NCBI GenBank assembly: GCA_017623705.1
Contig: JAGAOQ010000021.1
Coordinates: 9,485 to 73,484 of the forward strand
Direction of reading: 5' to 3'
Length of the DNA: 64,000 nucleotides
From: Clostridia bacterium
GTDB lineage: Bacteria; Bacillota; Clostridia; Christensenellales; UBA1242
Shown here: positions 44,564 to 55,368 of the stretch, piece by piece
Layout: the number at the start of each line of letters is the position of its first letter
How positions within the stretch are numbered: the first letter of the stretch is position 1
The notes under the pieces: model-generated
Databases searched by the model: none
The model's input: the letters and a program-made list of their open reading frames with translations, nothing else
What the model was told of the DNA's origin: nothing
Program-made: the position numbers and the translations under genes

Positions 44564-45922
44564 TTATTTATCCAGTTGCTTCAAAATATCTTCGACCGCA
44601 ATTTTTAGTTTGTGTTCGTTCTTTAAGTTGGCAATTTTATCACGTGAGTAAATCACCGAAGCATGGGTACGTCCGCCAAGAATTTCGCCGATTTCGGTTA
44701 AAGGTACATCTTTCAAACGTTCGGTTAAGAGGTAAGCGGTAACCATGCGGGCGTCGGCAAGTTTTTCGGTACGACGCTTACCCGTGATTTCGTCCGGAGT
44801 AACATCGAAGTAAGCGGCGACAGTGGCAATCACTCGGGCAGCGGTGTCGCCAACACGAGCATTTTCTTCGTCGTTAGAATTGTCCGCCAAAGCGGTATTA
44901 CAGTCTTCGATGGTAGGAATCGTGTGTCCGTTTAGTTCGGCGTAAACAATAATCTTGATTAAATGACCTTCCATATCACGGATATTTTCGTTGACCTTGT
45001 TGGAGTATTCCGCAATGTAAGATGCAACTTCGTTGGGTAAGTATTTATCTTCCAACGCAGCTTTCTTTTGTAAAATTGCGGTTCGCATTTCGATGTCGGG
45101 GTTGCGAATGTCTTGGAAAATACCACTTTTCAAACGAGATTGTAAGCGTTCGGACAAAGTTGCAATTTCGTTCGGGTGGCGGTCGCTGGTTAAGACGATT
45201 TGGCGTTGGTGTTCAAACAAGTCATTAAAAGTGTGGAAAAATTCTTCTTGTGTGGCTTGTTTGCTGGCTAGTTCCTGCACGTCGTCAATTAAAAGCACGT
45301 CGACGTTACGGTACTTTTCCCGGAAAGCACCGAAATCACCTTTTTGTTTAATTACGTTTACATAGTCATCGGTAAACTTTTCAATCGTAGTTAAAACTAA
45401 TTTGGTGGCAGGGCGGTCTTCGAGAATTTGGTTGGCAATCGCATTTAGCAAGTGGGTTTTGCCTAACCCCGAACGTCCGTAGATAAAGAGTGGGTTAATT
45501 TTTTTGCCGGGGTTTTTGGCAACAAATTCCGCCATCGCAGCAACTTCTTGGTTCGACTTACCAACGATAAAGTTCGTAAAAGTTTGTTGTGCGTTAATGT
45601 TGTTACTATATATAACTGGTTCGGTGGCAGGTGTTTCGGGAACTGGGTTGTTGGCGGCATCACGACGTTCTTTTTCGACAGCATCAATGATTTCGATTTT
45701 TTCAACTAACGGAGCAACGGTTTTGACAGCACTTTCGATGTGGGGGAAGTGGCGTTCATTGCGAGCATAATTAGCATCACGGGTCGACATCGCTACAATC
45801 ACAAAAGTCCCGTTTTCAAAGGATTCGGGCATGAGTGGTTGAATGTATAAGTCAAAAGAAATACTACTAATGTTATTTTCAATGATAGGTAAAGCTTTTT
45901 TCCAAATTTCATTAACGTCCAT
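44564..45922 (-). CDS. dnaA: chromosomal replication initiator DnaA
   Basis: 452 aa. Walker [19 protein letters not shown], box VII SDR, and a C-terminal DNA-binding domain ([15 protein letters not shown]). Confidence 0.95.
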   Translation of the reverse strand: MDVNEIWKKALPIIENNISSISFDLYIQPLMPESFENGTFVIVAMSTRDANYARNERHFPHIESAVKTVAPLVEKIEIIDAVEKERRDAANNPVPETPATEPVIYSNNINAQQTFTNFIVGKSNQEVAAMAEFVAKNPGKKINPLFIYGRSGLGKTHLLNAIANQILEDRPATKLVLTTIEKFTDDYVNVIKQKGDFGAFREKYRNVDVLLIDDVQELASKQATQEEFFHTFNDLFEHQRQIVLTSDRHPNEIATLSERLQSRLKSGIFQDIRNPDIEMRTAILQKKAALEDKYLPNEVASYIAEYSNKVNENIRDMEGHLIKIIVYAELNGHTIPTIEDCNTALADNSNDEENARVGDTAARVIATVAAYFDVTPDEITGKRRTEKLADARMVTAYLLTERLKDVPLTEIGEILGGRTHASVIYSRDKIANLKNEHKLKIAVEDILKQLDK

Positions 45923-45988
45923 AGATGAGATATGTTACCACAAAAATGTTAGTTTTGTAAAACACTGCTTGCCAAAATTAAAAGTTTG

Positions 45989-45997
45989 TGTTATGCT
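45989..45997 (+). promoter_or_regulatory. extended -10 (TGTTATGCT) 7 nt upstream of the rpmH ATG
   Basis: tgtgttatgctcatatttATG. No SD sequence. Confidence 0.5.
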
Positions 45998-46004
45998 CAT
46001 ATTT

Positions 46005-46142
46005 ATGAAAAGAACTTGGCAACCTAGTAAAGTTAAACGTCGTCGTGCGGTTGGTTTCCGTAAACGTATGAAAACAGTTGGTGGACGTAATGTTATCCGC
46101 CGTCGTCGTGCACGTGGTCGTAAACGTTTAACCACAAAGTAA
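46005..46142 (+). CDS. rpmH: 50S ribosomal protein L34
   Basis: 45 aa, [22 protein letters not shown]... It was extracted from the longer track ORF 45843-46142. Confidence 0.95.
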   Translation: MKRTWQPSKVKRRRAVGFRKRMKTVGGRNVIRRRRARGRKRLTTK

Positions 46143-46143
46143 C

Positions 46144-46476
46144 ATGCTACCTTTAAGGTATCGGCTGAAAAAGCGAAAAACATTTAACTACTTACACCAA
46201 CACGGAAAACGCCAGAGTGGTGCTTACGTGGTGGTGTATTTTTGTAGTGCTAACCGTTTGAAAGTCGGGTTTAGTGCCAGTAAAAAAGTCGGGAACAGTG
46301 TTGTCCGTCATCGTTCTGTCCGCTTAATGCGTGAAGCGATGCGTCCGTTATTATCACGAGTTAATCCACGCAGTAATTTGATTGTGGTTGCCAAACCCGA
46401 CTTACCCAAACAACATCTCTTATATATAACATTAGATTTGGAAAACACTTTGAAAAAAGCTGGACTTGTGTTATAA
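46144..46476 (+). CDS. rnpA: ribonuclease P protein component
   Basis: 110 aa. Basic. LKKRKTFNYLHQHGKR...VGFSASKKVGNSVVRHR matches the RnpA pattern. It follows rpmH directly. Confidence 0.9.
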   Translation: MLPLRYRLKKRKTFNYLHQHGKRQSGAYVVVYFCSANRLKVGFSASKKVGNSVVRHRSVRLMREAMRPLLSRVNPRSNLIVVAKPDLPKQHLLYITLDLENTLKKAGLVL

Positions 46477-46477
46477 T
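46469..46477 (+). promoter_or_regulatory. extended -10 TGTTATAAT overlapping the rnpA stop, 11 nt upstream of the yidC ATG
   Basis: gtgttataatcatagttaattATG. No SD sequence. Confidence 0.4.
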
Positions 46478-46488
46478 CATAGTTAATT

Positions 46489-47619
46489 ATGAATATTCAG
46501 TTTCCGTCCGCTGGTGGCATCGAAGGTTTTGTTTATTGGTTAATCGAACAAATTATGAGTTGGGGTTGGGTTTCCTATGGTTTCGCCATTGTCTTTTTTA
46601 CCCTGTTTATTAAATTAATGTTGTCGCCATTAGATTTCTTAAACCGTTTTTTAACTCGTCGTACGCAAATTAAACAACAAGCTTTGTCGGGTGAGATTGC
46701 CGACTTGGAAAAAATCTACAAAAACGACCCGATTGGTTTAACTCGGGCTCGTCAAGCTTTGTACCAAAAAAATGGCGTTGGTGGTTTAGGTGGTAGTTTA
46801 ATTTCGTTGGCAAGTTTAATTTTAACCATGGTCATCTTCTTTAATGTCATGGGTGCTTTGAGTAATATCTCGAATTATAACATGCGTGTGCAATATCAAG
46901 AATTGCAAGGTGTTTATCAAGAATACACTGCGGATAAAGATGTGAACAATTTGACCGACGACCAAAAAAGTGAATTAGGTACTTTGTTAAACGAAAAATA
47001 CAACGACACAAAAATTTCTTTCGGCTGGATTAAAAACATTTGGCAACCAGACAGCCCAATGTCTAGTGCAATTATGTCGGTGGATAGCTACAACAACACA
47101 CAACCCGACGACTATAAATTGAAAACCGATGCCGACAAAGCTGAATACAACGCAATTTATGATTATATTGATGTTAAAAATGAATCCAACGGTTTCTTCT
47201 TGTTAGCGGTATTTTCGGCACTGACAATTTTCTTGTCGATGAAAATCAATACCATCATGCAAAAACGTAACGCACCACAAAAAACTACGGTGAAAAAAGA
47301 CGAACCGATTATCACTTATTCCATGCGTGATGCGAAACAACAAGGTGTGGAAGAAAAACCTGTGGTTGACCCCGCACAAATGAGTAAAATGATGATGTGG
47401 ATTATGCCGATTATTTACGTCTTGTTTGCGACCATGCAAACTTCGGCGTTTGCTATCTATATGATTGCGTCATCGGTTGTTTCCACCGCTTTAACGGTGT
47501 GCTTTTCGTTCTTGATTGACTTGATTTTGAAAAATATGAAACAACCAGAAATTACCAAAGATTTCGATGCTACGGTGATTAACCCGCATGCGAAGTATTT
47601 CAAAGGAGGAAAAAAATGA
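46489..47619 (+). CDS. yidC: membrane protein insertase YidC/Oxa1 family
   Basis: 376 aa. FAIVFFTLFIKLMLSPLD first core helix, five TM segments, basic C-terminus. Conserved position after rnpA. Confidence 0.85.
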   Translation: MNIQFPSAGGIEGFVYWLIEQIMSWGWVSYGFAIVFFTLFIKLMLSPLDFLNRFLTRRTQIKQQALSGEIADLEKIYKNDPIGLTRARQALYQKNGVGGLGGSLISLASLILTMVIFFNVMGALSNISNYNMRVQYQELQGVYQEYTADKDVNNLTDDQKSELGTLLNEKYNDTKISFGWIKNIWQPDSPMSSAIMSVDSYNNTQPDDYKLKTDADKAEYNAIYDYIDVKNESNGFFLLAVFSALTIFLSMKINTIMQKRNAPQKTTVKKDEPIITYSMRDAKQQGVEEKPVVDPAQMSKMMMWIMPIIYVLFATMQTSAFAIYMIASSVVSTALTVCFSFLIDLILKNMKQPEITKDFDATVINPHAKYFKGGKK

Positions 47620-48395
47620 AACAAACGATTACAGTGAGTGCGAAAACACTCGACGAAGCCATTACCAAAGGTTGTGCCGAACTCGGCGTTGGAATTGACG
47701 AAGTTGATTTTGAAGTGGTGGACGAAGGCGGTATGTTCCGCAAAATGCAAGTGCAATTAACGGTGAAAGGTTCTGCCGACGAAGTGAAGACGGACGAAGT
47801 GCAAGTTGAAGCAGTAAAAACGGAAAGCCCTGCGGTGCAAGTTGAAGCGGGTAAAGTGGAAGAATTTGAAATTGGTGGCAAAGCCAAAGCCAGCCGTCCT
47901 GCCAAAGAGCCACGCAAAGTTACCGAATTTGACCCTGCTTGTCCAAAGTTTGCGAAGACGTTGGCGTTTGCCGAATCATTTTTCAAATTGATGGGGGATA
48001 ACTTAACCGTTACCACATCGCACGACGATAAAGAATTTATCATTGCGGTTGACGGCGAAGACGTTGGTCGTTTAATTGGTAAGAACGGACGCACCATGGA
48101 AGCGATTAACTCAATTATCCATGCGATTGCCATTAACACGCACACCGACGAACCACGCCGTGTTAGTGTTGATATTGGTAATTACCGTGCGAAACGCAGA
48201 GAATACTTAGTCGACTTGGCAAAACGCAAAGCCGAACAAGTTAAAACGACAGGGCGTGCTGTACGTTTGAACCCGATGCCAGCTCGTGAACGTGTGATTG
48301 TGCATTTAACTTTGCAAGATGTGGAAGGAATTATCACGGAAAGTGAAGGCACAGACCCGCAACGTTATTTAGTGATTAAACCGGGTGCAAGATAA
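47616..48395 (+). CDS. jag: Jag/KhpB RNA-binding protein (Jag_N, KH, R3H)
   Basis: ITVSAKTLDEAITKGCAELGV N-domain, KH IGKNGRTMEAINSI, R3H-like ERVIVHLTLQ. Confidence 0.85.
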   Translation: MKQTITVSAKTLDEAITKGCAELGVGIDEVDFEVVDEGGMFRKMQVQLTVKGSADEVKTDEVQVEAVKTESPAVQVEAGKVEEFEIGGKAKASRPAKEPRKVTEFDPACPKFAKTLAFAESFFKLMGDNLTVTTSHDDKEFIIAVDGEDVGRLIGKNGRTMEAINSIIHAIAINTHTDEPRRVSVDIGNYRAKRREYLVDLAKRKAEQVKTTGRAVRLNPMPARERVIVHLTLQDVEGIITESEGTDPQRYLVIKPGAR

Positions 48396-48402
48396 GCATT
48401 AA

Positions 48403-48428
48403 AGCGTGAAAATTCACGCTTTTTTTTA
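48403..48428 (+). terminator. rho-independent terminator after jag
   Basis: agcgtg-aaaatt-cacgct followed by TTTTTTTT. Confidence 0.65.
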
Positions 48429-48494
48429 CGTCCTTTTTCACGCCTATATATATAAGAAGTTGTCGCAAATACGTTGCTTTTTGCCTGTATGATA

Positions 48495-48503
48495 TGTTAT
48501 AAT
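48495..48503 (+). promoter_or_regulatory. extended -10 TGTTATAAT 8 nt upstream of the gyrB ATG
   Basis: gatatgttataattattcattATG. TTGCTT lies 18 nt upstream as a possible -35. No SD sequence. Confidence 0.55.
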
Positions 48504-48511
48504 TATTCATT

Positions 48512-50449
48512 ATGAGTAATGAAAAAAACGGGCAAAAAAAGACTACTGCCAATTCAAATTATGAAGCCAAAGACATTACCGTTTTGGAAGGTTTAGACCC
48601 TGTTCGTAAACGTCCGGGTATGTACATTGGTTCAACCGACACACATGGTTTGCACCACTTGATTACCGAAGTTGTGGACAACAGTGTTGACGAAGCTTTG
48701 GCGGGTTATTGTACAGAAATTAGCGTTACGATTGAACGTGATGGTTCAATCTCGGTTTTGGATAACGGGCGTGGGATTCCGACCGGTATTCACCCGACCG
48801 AAAAAATTTCGGCGGTGCAGTTGGTTTTAACTAAACTCCATGCTGGTGGTAAATTCGGGAAGGGTGGTTACTCAATCTCGGGTGGTTTGCACGGGGTTGG
48901 TGTTTCGGTTGTTAACGCTTTGTCCGAATGGTTAGAAGTTGAAGTTTATCAAAATGGCAAAATTCACCACCAAACTTACAACCGTGGTGTGCCACAAGCT
49001 CCGTTGCGTGAAATCGGCAAAACCGATAAACACGGTACCAAAGTTATGTTCTATCCCGATGCGGAAATTTTCGACACGATTGAATTTAACTACGAAACCA
49101 TGAAAGTCCGTTTGCGTGAGTTGGCTTTCTTGAACAAAGGTTTGGTGATTAAATGTGCCGACATGCGTCCAGGACGTGAACACAAAGACAATTTCTGCTA
49201 CAAGGGCGGAATTAAAGAGTTCGTGGAAAGCTTGAACAAAGGTAAAGAATTAGTCATTCCAGAAATTATCTACGTCCACAAAAAGAACAAAAATAACGAA
49301 GTTGACGTTGCTTTCCAATGGAACGACGGTTACAGCGAAAATATCCACACTTATGCGAACAACATTAACACGCAAGAAGGTGGTGTGCATTTAATCGGTT
49401 TCCGTAACGCTTTGGCGAAAGCCATTAACGATTATGGCCGTAAAGCAAATTTAATTAAAGAAAGCGACAAATTGACGATTGAAGACGTTTTGGAAGGTGT
49501 GGTAGCGATTATTTCGGTTAAGTTGGAAAATCCACAATTTGAAGGGCAAACCAAAACTAAATTAGGTAACGCTTACATGCGTGGTGAAGTTGAAAAAGCC
49601 GTGCAAGAAAAATTTGGTGAATTCTTGGAAGAAAATCCAAAATCGGCCAAAGAATTGATTTTGAAATGTCAAACCGCACGTAATGCTCGTGAAGCAGCTC
49701 GCCGTGCCAAAGATTTGGTACACCGTAAAGGCGTTTTAGAAAATACAACTTTGCCGGGTAAATTGGCAGACTGTACCGAACGTGATCCAAAGTTCTGTGA
49801 AATCTTTATCGTCGAGGGTGATAGTGCGGGTGGTACAGCGAAGCAAGGACGTGATCGTCGCTTCCAAGCAATCTTGCCGTTACGTGGTAAAATTTTGAAC
49901 GTCGAAAAAGCTCGTTTGGCTCGTGTTTTGGAAAGTGAAACCATTAAGAACATGATTACCGCTTTTGGTTGTGGTATTCAAGAAGATTTTGATATTACTC
50001 GTTTGCGTTATCACAAGATTATTACGATGTCCGATGCGGACGTGGACGGTAGCCATATTCGTATCTTGTTGCTAACATTCTTGTACCGTTTCATGCGTCC
50101 TTTGATTGAAGGCGGTTACGTGTACGCAGCTCAACCACCGTTGTACAAAGTTACTCGTGGTAACGAAGAATTATATGCTTACAGTGATGCCGAACTTGAA
50201 CAAATTATTGGTAAGGGTGGTCGTGGTAAAGCTAACGTCCAACGTTACAAAGGTTTGGGTGAAATGAATGCGGAACAATTATGGGATACAACCATGAATC
50301 CAGCTAACCGTACCTTGGTACAAATTACTTTGGAAGACGCTTTTGCCGCCGACGAAATTTTCTCAACTTTAATGGGTGAAAAACCAGAATTACGTCGTGA
50401 ATACATTGAACGTAACGCTGCGAACTTCACACAGGATTTGGATATTTAA
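48512..50449 (+). CDS. gyrB: DNA gyrase subunit B
   Basis: 645 aa. LEGLDPVRKRPGMYIGS, GHKL ATPase motifs, Toprim EIFIVEGDSAGG, PLRGKILNVE. Confidence 0.95.
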   Translation: MSNEKNGQKKTTANSNYEAKDITVLEGLDPVRKRPGMYIGSTDTHGLHHLITEVVDNSVDEALAGYCTEISVTIERDGSISVLDNGRGIPTGIHPTEKISAVQLVLTKLHAGGKFGKGGYSISGGLHGVGVSVVNALSEWLEVEVYQNGKIHHQTYNRGVPQAPLREIGKTDKHGTKVMFYPDAEIFDTIEFNYETMKVRLRELAFLNKGLVIKCADMRPGREHKDNFCYKGGIKEFVESLNKGKELVIPEIIYVHKKNKNNEVDVAFQWNDGYSENIHTYANNINTQEGGVHLIGFRNALAKAINDYGRKANLIKESDKLTIEDVLEGVVAIISVKLENPQFEGQTKTKLGNAYMRGEVEKAVQEKFGEFLEENPKSAKELILKCQTARNAREAARRAKDLVHRKGVLENTTLPGKLADCTERDPKFCEIFIVEGDSAGGTAKQGRDRRFQAILPLRGKILNVEKARLARVLESETIKNMITAFGCGIQEDFDITRLRYHKIITMSDADVDGSHIRILLLTFLYRFMRPLIEGGYVYAAQPPLYKVTRGNEELYAYSDAELEQIIGKGGRGKANVQRYKGLGEMNAEQLWDTTMNPANRTLVQITLEDAFAADEIFSTLMGEKPELRREYIERNAANFTQDLDI

Positions 50450-50458
50450 GGAGTAACT

Positions 50459-52942
50459 ATGAGAAAGAAAGATTATAGCGAAGAATTACAAGAAATTGTC
50501 GATAACACGAAATACGTCAAAGTTAAGATTGAAGACGAAATTCACAAATCGTTTATGTCTTATGCGATGATGGTTAACATGAGCCGTGCAATCCCTGACG
50601 TCCGTGATGGTTTGAAACCAGTTCACCGTCGTATTTTGTATTCAATGCACGAACTCGGTTTAACACACGATAAACCATTTAAGAAATGTGCTCGTATCGT
50701 CGGTGAATGTTTGGGTAAATATCACCCACACGGTGATACTTCGGTTTACGATGCGTTGGTACGTTTAGCTCAACCATTTACCATTAACATGCCGTTGGTT
50801 GACGGACATGGTAACTTTGGTTCTGTTGACGCTGACCCACCGGCAGCTATGCGTTATACCGAAGCTCGTATGTCGGCGGTGGCGAGCGAAATGTTGCGTG
50901 ATATTGACAAAAATACTGTTGATTTCCGTCCTAACTTCGACGAAACCGAACAAGAACCGATTGTTTTACCATCTCGTTTCCCAAACTTGTTAGTCAACGG
51001 TAGTGATGGAATTGCGGTTGGTATGGCGACCAACATTCCACCACACAACTTAGGCGAAGTGATTGATGGTGTCGTGGCTTTGATTGAAAATCCTGACATT
51101 GAAATCGACCAGTTGTTACGCATTATTCCTGCCCCTGACTACCCAACGGGTGGTATTATCATGGGACGTGCTGCTTTGCGTCATGCTTACAAAACAGGGC
51201 ATGGTAGCATTGTTTTGCGTGCGACTACGGAAATCGAAGAACACAACGGCCGTAATCGTATTATTGTTACGGAAATTCCTTACCAAGTTAACAAAGCAAA
51301 ATTAGTTGAAAGCATTGCCATGTTAGTTCGTGATAAACGCATTGAAGGTATTTCTAGTGTTGACGAAGAATCTGACCGTCATGGTATGCGAATTGTTATC
51401 AATTTGAAGAAAGACGCACAAGCACAAGTTGTCTTGACTAACTTATTCAAATTGAGCCAATTACAAATCTCGATGGGTATCAATTTCTTGGCATTGGTTG
51501 GTAACGAACCAAAAGTCTTGAACTTGAAAGAAATGTTGTACTACTATTTGGAACACCAAAAAGAAGTCGTACTCCGTCGTACTAAATTTGACCTGGAAAA
51601 AGCCGAAGAACGTGCTCACATTTTGGAAGGTTTGGTGAAAGCTTTGGCGAACATTGACGAAGTTGTGGCGATTATCAAAAAGTCAAAAGACAAAATTGAA
51701 GCGGCAACTAAATTGATGAAACGCTTTATTTTGAGCGACCGTCAAGCAAATGCTATTTTGGAAATGCGTTTACAACGTTTAACCAGCTTGGAAGTTGAAA
51801 AACTGAAAGCCGAATTGGAAGAATTGCGTGCTTTGATTATCGAATTGAAATCAATTATTGCAAGTCAACCAAAATTGTTAGCTTTAATTAAGAAAGAATT
51901 GTTGGAAATTAAAGACAAATATGCGGTCGAACGTGTTACGGAATTGACAACTGACTACGGTGATATTGACATCGCTGACTTGATTGAAAAAGAAGACGTT
52001 GCGGTTTCGATGACACACTGCGGTTACATTAAACGTTTACCATTGACCGAATACAAAGCTCAACGTCGGGGCGGTAAAGGTTCAAATACGCACACCACGA
52101 AAGAAGAAGACTTTGTGGAACGTATGTTCGTAACCAATACGCACCATGACTTGTTGTTCTTTACTAACTTGGGTAAAGTTTACCGCATTAAAGCGTTTGA
52201 AGTCCCCGAAGCAACCAAAGGTTCTAAGGGACGTGCGATTGTCAACTTGTTGCAACTAGCTAACGAAGAACGTGTTGCTGCGGTCATTCCAATGGAAGAC
52301 TATGACATGGGACATATCGTGTTGGCAACAACTTACGGTATGATTAAGAAGACAAAATGTAGTGAATTTGCTCGCATTGCTCGTACAGGTAAGATTGCGA
52401 TTGGCTTGAACGAAGGCGACCAGTTAATTGCTGCGGGACACACGGCTGGTGCCGACGAAATCATTATGGCGTCCAGCTCTGGTAAGTGTATCCGTTTCAG
52501 TGAAGAAGATGTTCGTCCAATGGGACGTGGTGCTGCTGGTGTTAAGAGTATGAACATCGAACGTGAAACTGAATCCATTGTGGATATGTGTATTATTGAA
52601 CCAGGTTGTGAAATCTTAACGGTATCGGCGAACGGTTACGGTAAACGTAGCGACCCTGATGACTATCGTTTGCAATCACGTGCTGGTAAGGGAATTAAAG
52701 CTGGTGTGTTCAACGAAAAAACTGGACCATTGGTTAACTTGAAACAAGTCCGCACCGAACAAGACATTATGTTGATTGGTGATAACGGCACGATGATTCG
52801 TACCAAAGCAAGTTACATTTCCAAGATTGGTCGTGATACGCAAGGTGTACGCATTATGCGTGTGGGCGAAGGAGCAAAGATTGTTGCCGTTGCTGTTGCT
52901 GAACCGCAAGAAGAAGACGAAGAAGACGGCACAGCAGAATAA
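50459..52942 (+). CDS. gyrA: DNA gyrase subunit A
   Basis: 827 aa. [26 protein letters not shown], catalytic-Tyr region [10 protein letters not shown], GyrA-box beta-pinwheel C-terminal domain, acidic tail. Confidence 0.95.
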   Translation: MRKKDYSEELQEIVDNTKYVKVKIEDEIHKSFMSYAMMVNMSRAIPDVRDGLKPVHRRILYSMHELGLTHDKPFKKCARIVGECLGKYHPHGDTSVYDALVRLAQPFTINMPLVDGHGNFGSVDADPPAAMRYTEARMSAVASEMLRDIDKNTVDFRPNFDETEQEPIVLPSRFPNLLVNGSDGIAVGMATNIPPHNLGEVIDGVVALIENPDIEIDQLLRIIPAPDYPTGGIIMGRAALRHAYKTGHGSIVLRATTEIEEHNGRNRIIVTEIPYQVNKAKLVESIAMLVRDKRIEGISSVDEESDRHGMRIVINLKKDAQAQVVLTNLFKLSQLQISMGINFLALVGNEPKVLNLKEMLYYYLEHQKEVVLRRTKFDLEKAEERAHILEGLVKALANIDEVVAIIKKSKDKIEAATKLMKRFILSDRQANAILEMRLQRLTSLEVEKLKAELEELRALIIELKSIIASQPKLLALIKKELLEIKDKYAVERVTELTTDYGDIDIADLIEKEDVAVSMTHCGYIKRLPLTEYKAQRRGGKGSNTHTTKEEDFVERMFVTNTHHDLLFFTNLGKVYRIKAFEVPEATKGSKGRAIVNLLQLANEERVAAVIPMEDYDMGHIVLATTYGMIKKTKCSEFARIARTGKIAIGLNEGDQLIAAGHTAGADEIIMASSSGKCIRFSEEDVRPMGRGAAGVKSMNIERETESIVDMCIIEPGCEILTVSANGYGKRSDPDDYRLQSRAGKGIKAGVFNEKTGPLVNLKQVRTEQDIMLIGDNGTMIRTKASYISKIGRDTQGVRIMRVGEGAKIVAVAVAEPQEEDEEDGTAE

Positions 52943-52968
52943 TTAAAGCATTAAAAGGTGAATAAAAC

Positions 52969-55359
52969 ATGAAACCCTATGATTTTCGAGCGATTGAAAA
53001 AAAGTGGCAAGATAAATGGGCGGAAGAAAAACGCTTTGAAACCAAAGACCATGTCGCAGGTAAGGAAAACAAATACATACTGATTGAATTTCCTTACCCG
53101 AGTGGCAAAGGGTTACACATCGGCCACATGCGTAGCTATACTGCACTTGACGCTTTGGCACGTCGCTTGCGTTTGCAAGGGAAAAATGTTTTGTTCCCGA
53201 TGGGAATTGATGCGTTTGGCTTGGAAGCTGAACGAACTGCAATCCGTGAACATATTCCGCCACAACAAGTCGTTGCTCGTAATACCGCAACTTTCCGTGA
53301 GCAATTATCTCGTGTTGGTTTGTCGGTAGACTGGTCCCGTTTTATTAAAACTTGCGACCCCGAATACTACAAATGGACACAATGGCAGTTCTTACAATTT
53401 TTCAAAAAAGGCATTGCTTACAAAGGTACAGCCAATGTAAATTTCTGTCCGAACTGCGGAATTTTAGCTAACGAAGAAGTGGAAAACGGGACATGCTGTC
53501 AATGTCATGCGGAAACCGAACAGAAAACAATTCCGCAATGGATGATGAAAATGACAGCTTACGCCGACCGTTTGATTGATGATTTGCGTGAAACCGACTA
53601 CTTGCCACACATTAAGACCAGCCAAATCAATTACGTCGGGCGTAGTTATGGCGTCGAAGTCGATTTCCAAATTAAACAAGGCGGACAAATTAAAATTTTC
53701 ACGACTTGTATTGAAACAATCTTTGGTTGTACGTTTGTGGTGCTGGCACCCGAACACCCGTTGTTAAAAACTTTGCAACCGCAAATTAAGAACTGGGACG
53801 CTGTCCAAAAATACTGTCAACAAGCAACACGCAAAAGTGAATTTGAACGTGCCGAAATGGCGAAAGACAAGACTGGTTGTCGTTTGGACGGAATTGTGGC
53901 GATTAACCCAGCGAATGGGCAAGAAGTTGCTGTTTACGTTGCCGATTTCGTGTTGGGTAGTTATGGTACCGGTGCAGTTATGGCTGTGCCGACACACGAC
54001 CAACGAGATTACGAATTTGCGGAAAAACACGGTATCGACATGATACAAGTAATTGACGGCAAACTGGACGGCAAAGCTCTGGAAAAAGACGTGTACTTGG
54101 CACAAAATCCCCAGTTAATCAATTCGGCTCAATTTAGCGGACAAACCGTGCAAGACGCCAAAGTCAACATTACACGCTGGCTTGCCGAACAAGGCGTTGC
54201 TCGGGAAACTAAAAATTACAAAATGCACGACTGGGTTTTTGCTCGTCAACGTTACTGGGGCGAACCAATCCCAATTATCCATTGTCCACATTGTGGTATG
54301 GTGCCTGTGCCGGAAAAAGATTTACCAGTTTTATTACCCGAAACACAAAGCTACGAAGCAACCAGCGACGGGCAAAGTCCGTTAGCAAAAATTGCGGACT
54401 GGGTCAACGTTAAATGTCCAACTTGCGGTGCTGACGCAAAACGTGAAACGGATACAATGCCGGGTTGGGCGGGCAGTTGTTGGTACTTTATCCGTTACTG
54501 CGATCCACACAACGACAAAGCTTTTGCTGACCCTGAAAAAATGAAAGCATGGTTGCCGATTGCGTTGTACAACGGCGGTAATGAACATACAACTCGTCAT
54601 TTGTTGTACGCACGTTTCTGGACAAAATTTTTGTACGACCAAGGTTTGTTCCCGCTGAACGAATTTTGCCAAGCACGGATTTCGCAAGGGATAATTCTCG
54701 GCGAAGGCGGTGTTAAAATGAGTAAGAGTTTGGGCAATACGGTTGACCCTCGTGATGTTGCCGACCAGTACGGGACGGACGCTTTACGTTTGTGGGTGTT
54801 GTTCATCGGCGACTATCAAGAAGTGGCGGTATGGAGCAATGACGGCGTTAAAGCTTGTCATCGTTTGTTACAACGTGTCTGGGCTTTGCAAGACAAAGTG
54901 GTGGACGGAAAGCAATTTAGTCCAGCTTTGAATTATTTGTTTAATTATTCAATCCAAAAAATTACTAATGATATGGAAGCCATGAAATACAACACGGCAG
55001 TATCTCAAATTATGATTTTAATGAATGCGATTGAAAAGCAAGGGACAATTAACCGTTACGAATACGAAACGTTATTAACAATTTTGAATCCATTTGCACC
55101 ACACATCACGGAAGAATTGTGGGCAGGTGTGAAAGACGCCAGCTGGCCAACCGTGGACGCCAAAGCTTTGGTTCAAGACACGGTTGAAATTGTGGTTCAA
55201 GTCAATGCGAAGATTGTTGGTCGTTTAGTTATCAACACTGCGGACGATGAAGCGACGGTGGTTGCTAAATGTCGTACGCAAGTTAAAAATATACCCGACA
55301 ACGTGAAGAAAACAATTTACGTGAAAAACAAGTTAGTCAACTTTATTGTTGCCAAATAA
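52969..55359 (+). CDS. leuS: leucine--tRNA ligase
   Basis: 796 aa. PYPSGKGLHIGH (HIGH) and VKMSKSLGN (KMSKS). Confidence 0.95.
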   Translation: MKPYDFRAIEKKWQDKWAEEKRFETKDHVAGKENKYILIEFPYPSGKGLHIGHMRSYTALDALARRLRLQGKNVLFPMGIDAFGLEAERTAIREHIPPQQVVARNTATFREQLSRVGLSVDWSRFIKTCDPEYYKWTQWQFLQFFKKGIAYKGTANVNFCPNCGILANEEVENGTCCQCHAETEQKTIPQWMMKMTAYADRLIDDLRETDYLPHIKTSQINYVGRSYGVEVDFQIKQGGQIKIFTTCIETIFGCTFVVLAPEHPLLKTLQPQIKNWDAVQKYCQQATRKSEFERAEMAKDKTGCRLDGIVAINPANGQEVAVYVADFVLGSYGTGAVMAVPTHDQRDYEFAEKHGIDMIQVIDGKLDGKALEKDVYLAQNPQLINSAQFSGQTVQDAKVNITRWLAEQGVARETKNYKMHDWVFARQRYWGEPIPIIHCPHCGMVPVPEKDLPVLLPETQSYEATSDGQSPLAKIADWVNVKCPTCGADAKRETDTMPGWAGSCWYFIRYCDPHNDKAFADPEKMKAWLPIALYNGGNEHTTRHLLYARFWTKFLYDQGLFPLNEFCQARISQGIILGEGGVKMSKSLGNTVDPRDVADQYGTDALRLWVLFIGDYQEVAVWSNDGVKACHRLLQRVWALQDKVVDGKQFSPALNYLFNYSIQKITNDMEAMKYNTAVSQIMILMNAIEKQGTINRYEYETLLTILNPFAPHITEELWAGVKDASWPTVDAKALVQDTVEIVVQVNAKIVGRLVINTADDEATVVAKCRTQVKNIPDNVKKTIYVKNKLVNFIVAK

Positions 55360-55368
55360 TTGAATAAC

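Noticed and set aside
44486-46004. Canonical DnaA boxes (TTATCCACA / TGTGGATAA) in the dnaA-flanking spacers
   Set aside because: Only weak matches were seen (GTTACCACA at about 45943, and TTATCCAGT inside the dnaA 3' end). This is not enough to annotate oriC elements.
47600-48145. 181-aa minus-strand ORF
   Set aside because: It is antisense to jag/khpB. Its S/T/A-rich composition mirrors the E/V/K-rich Jag linker.
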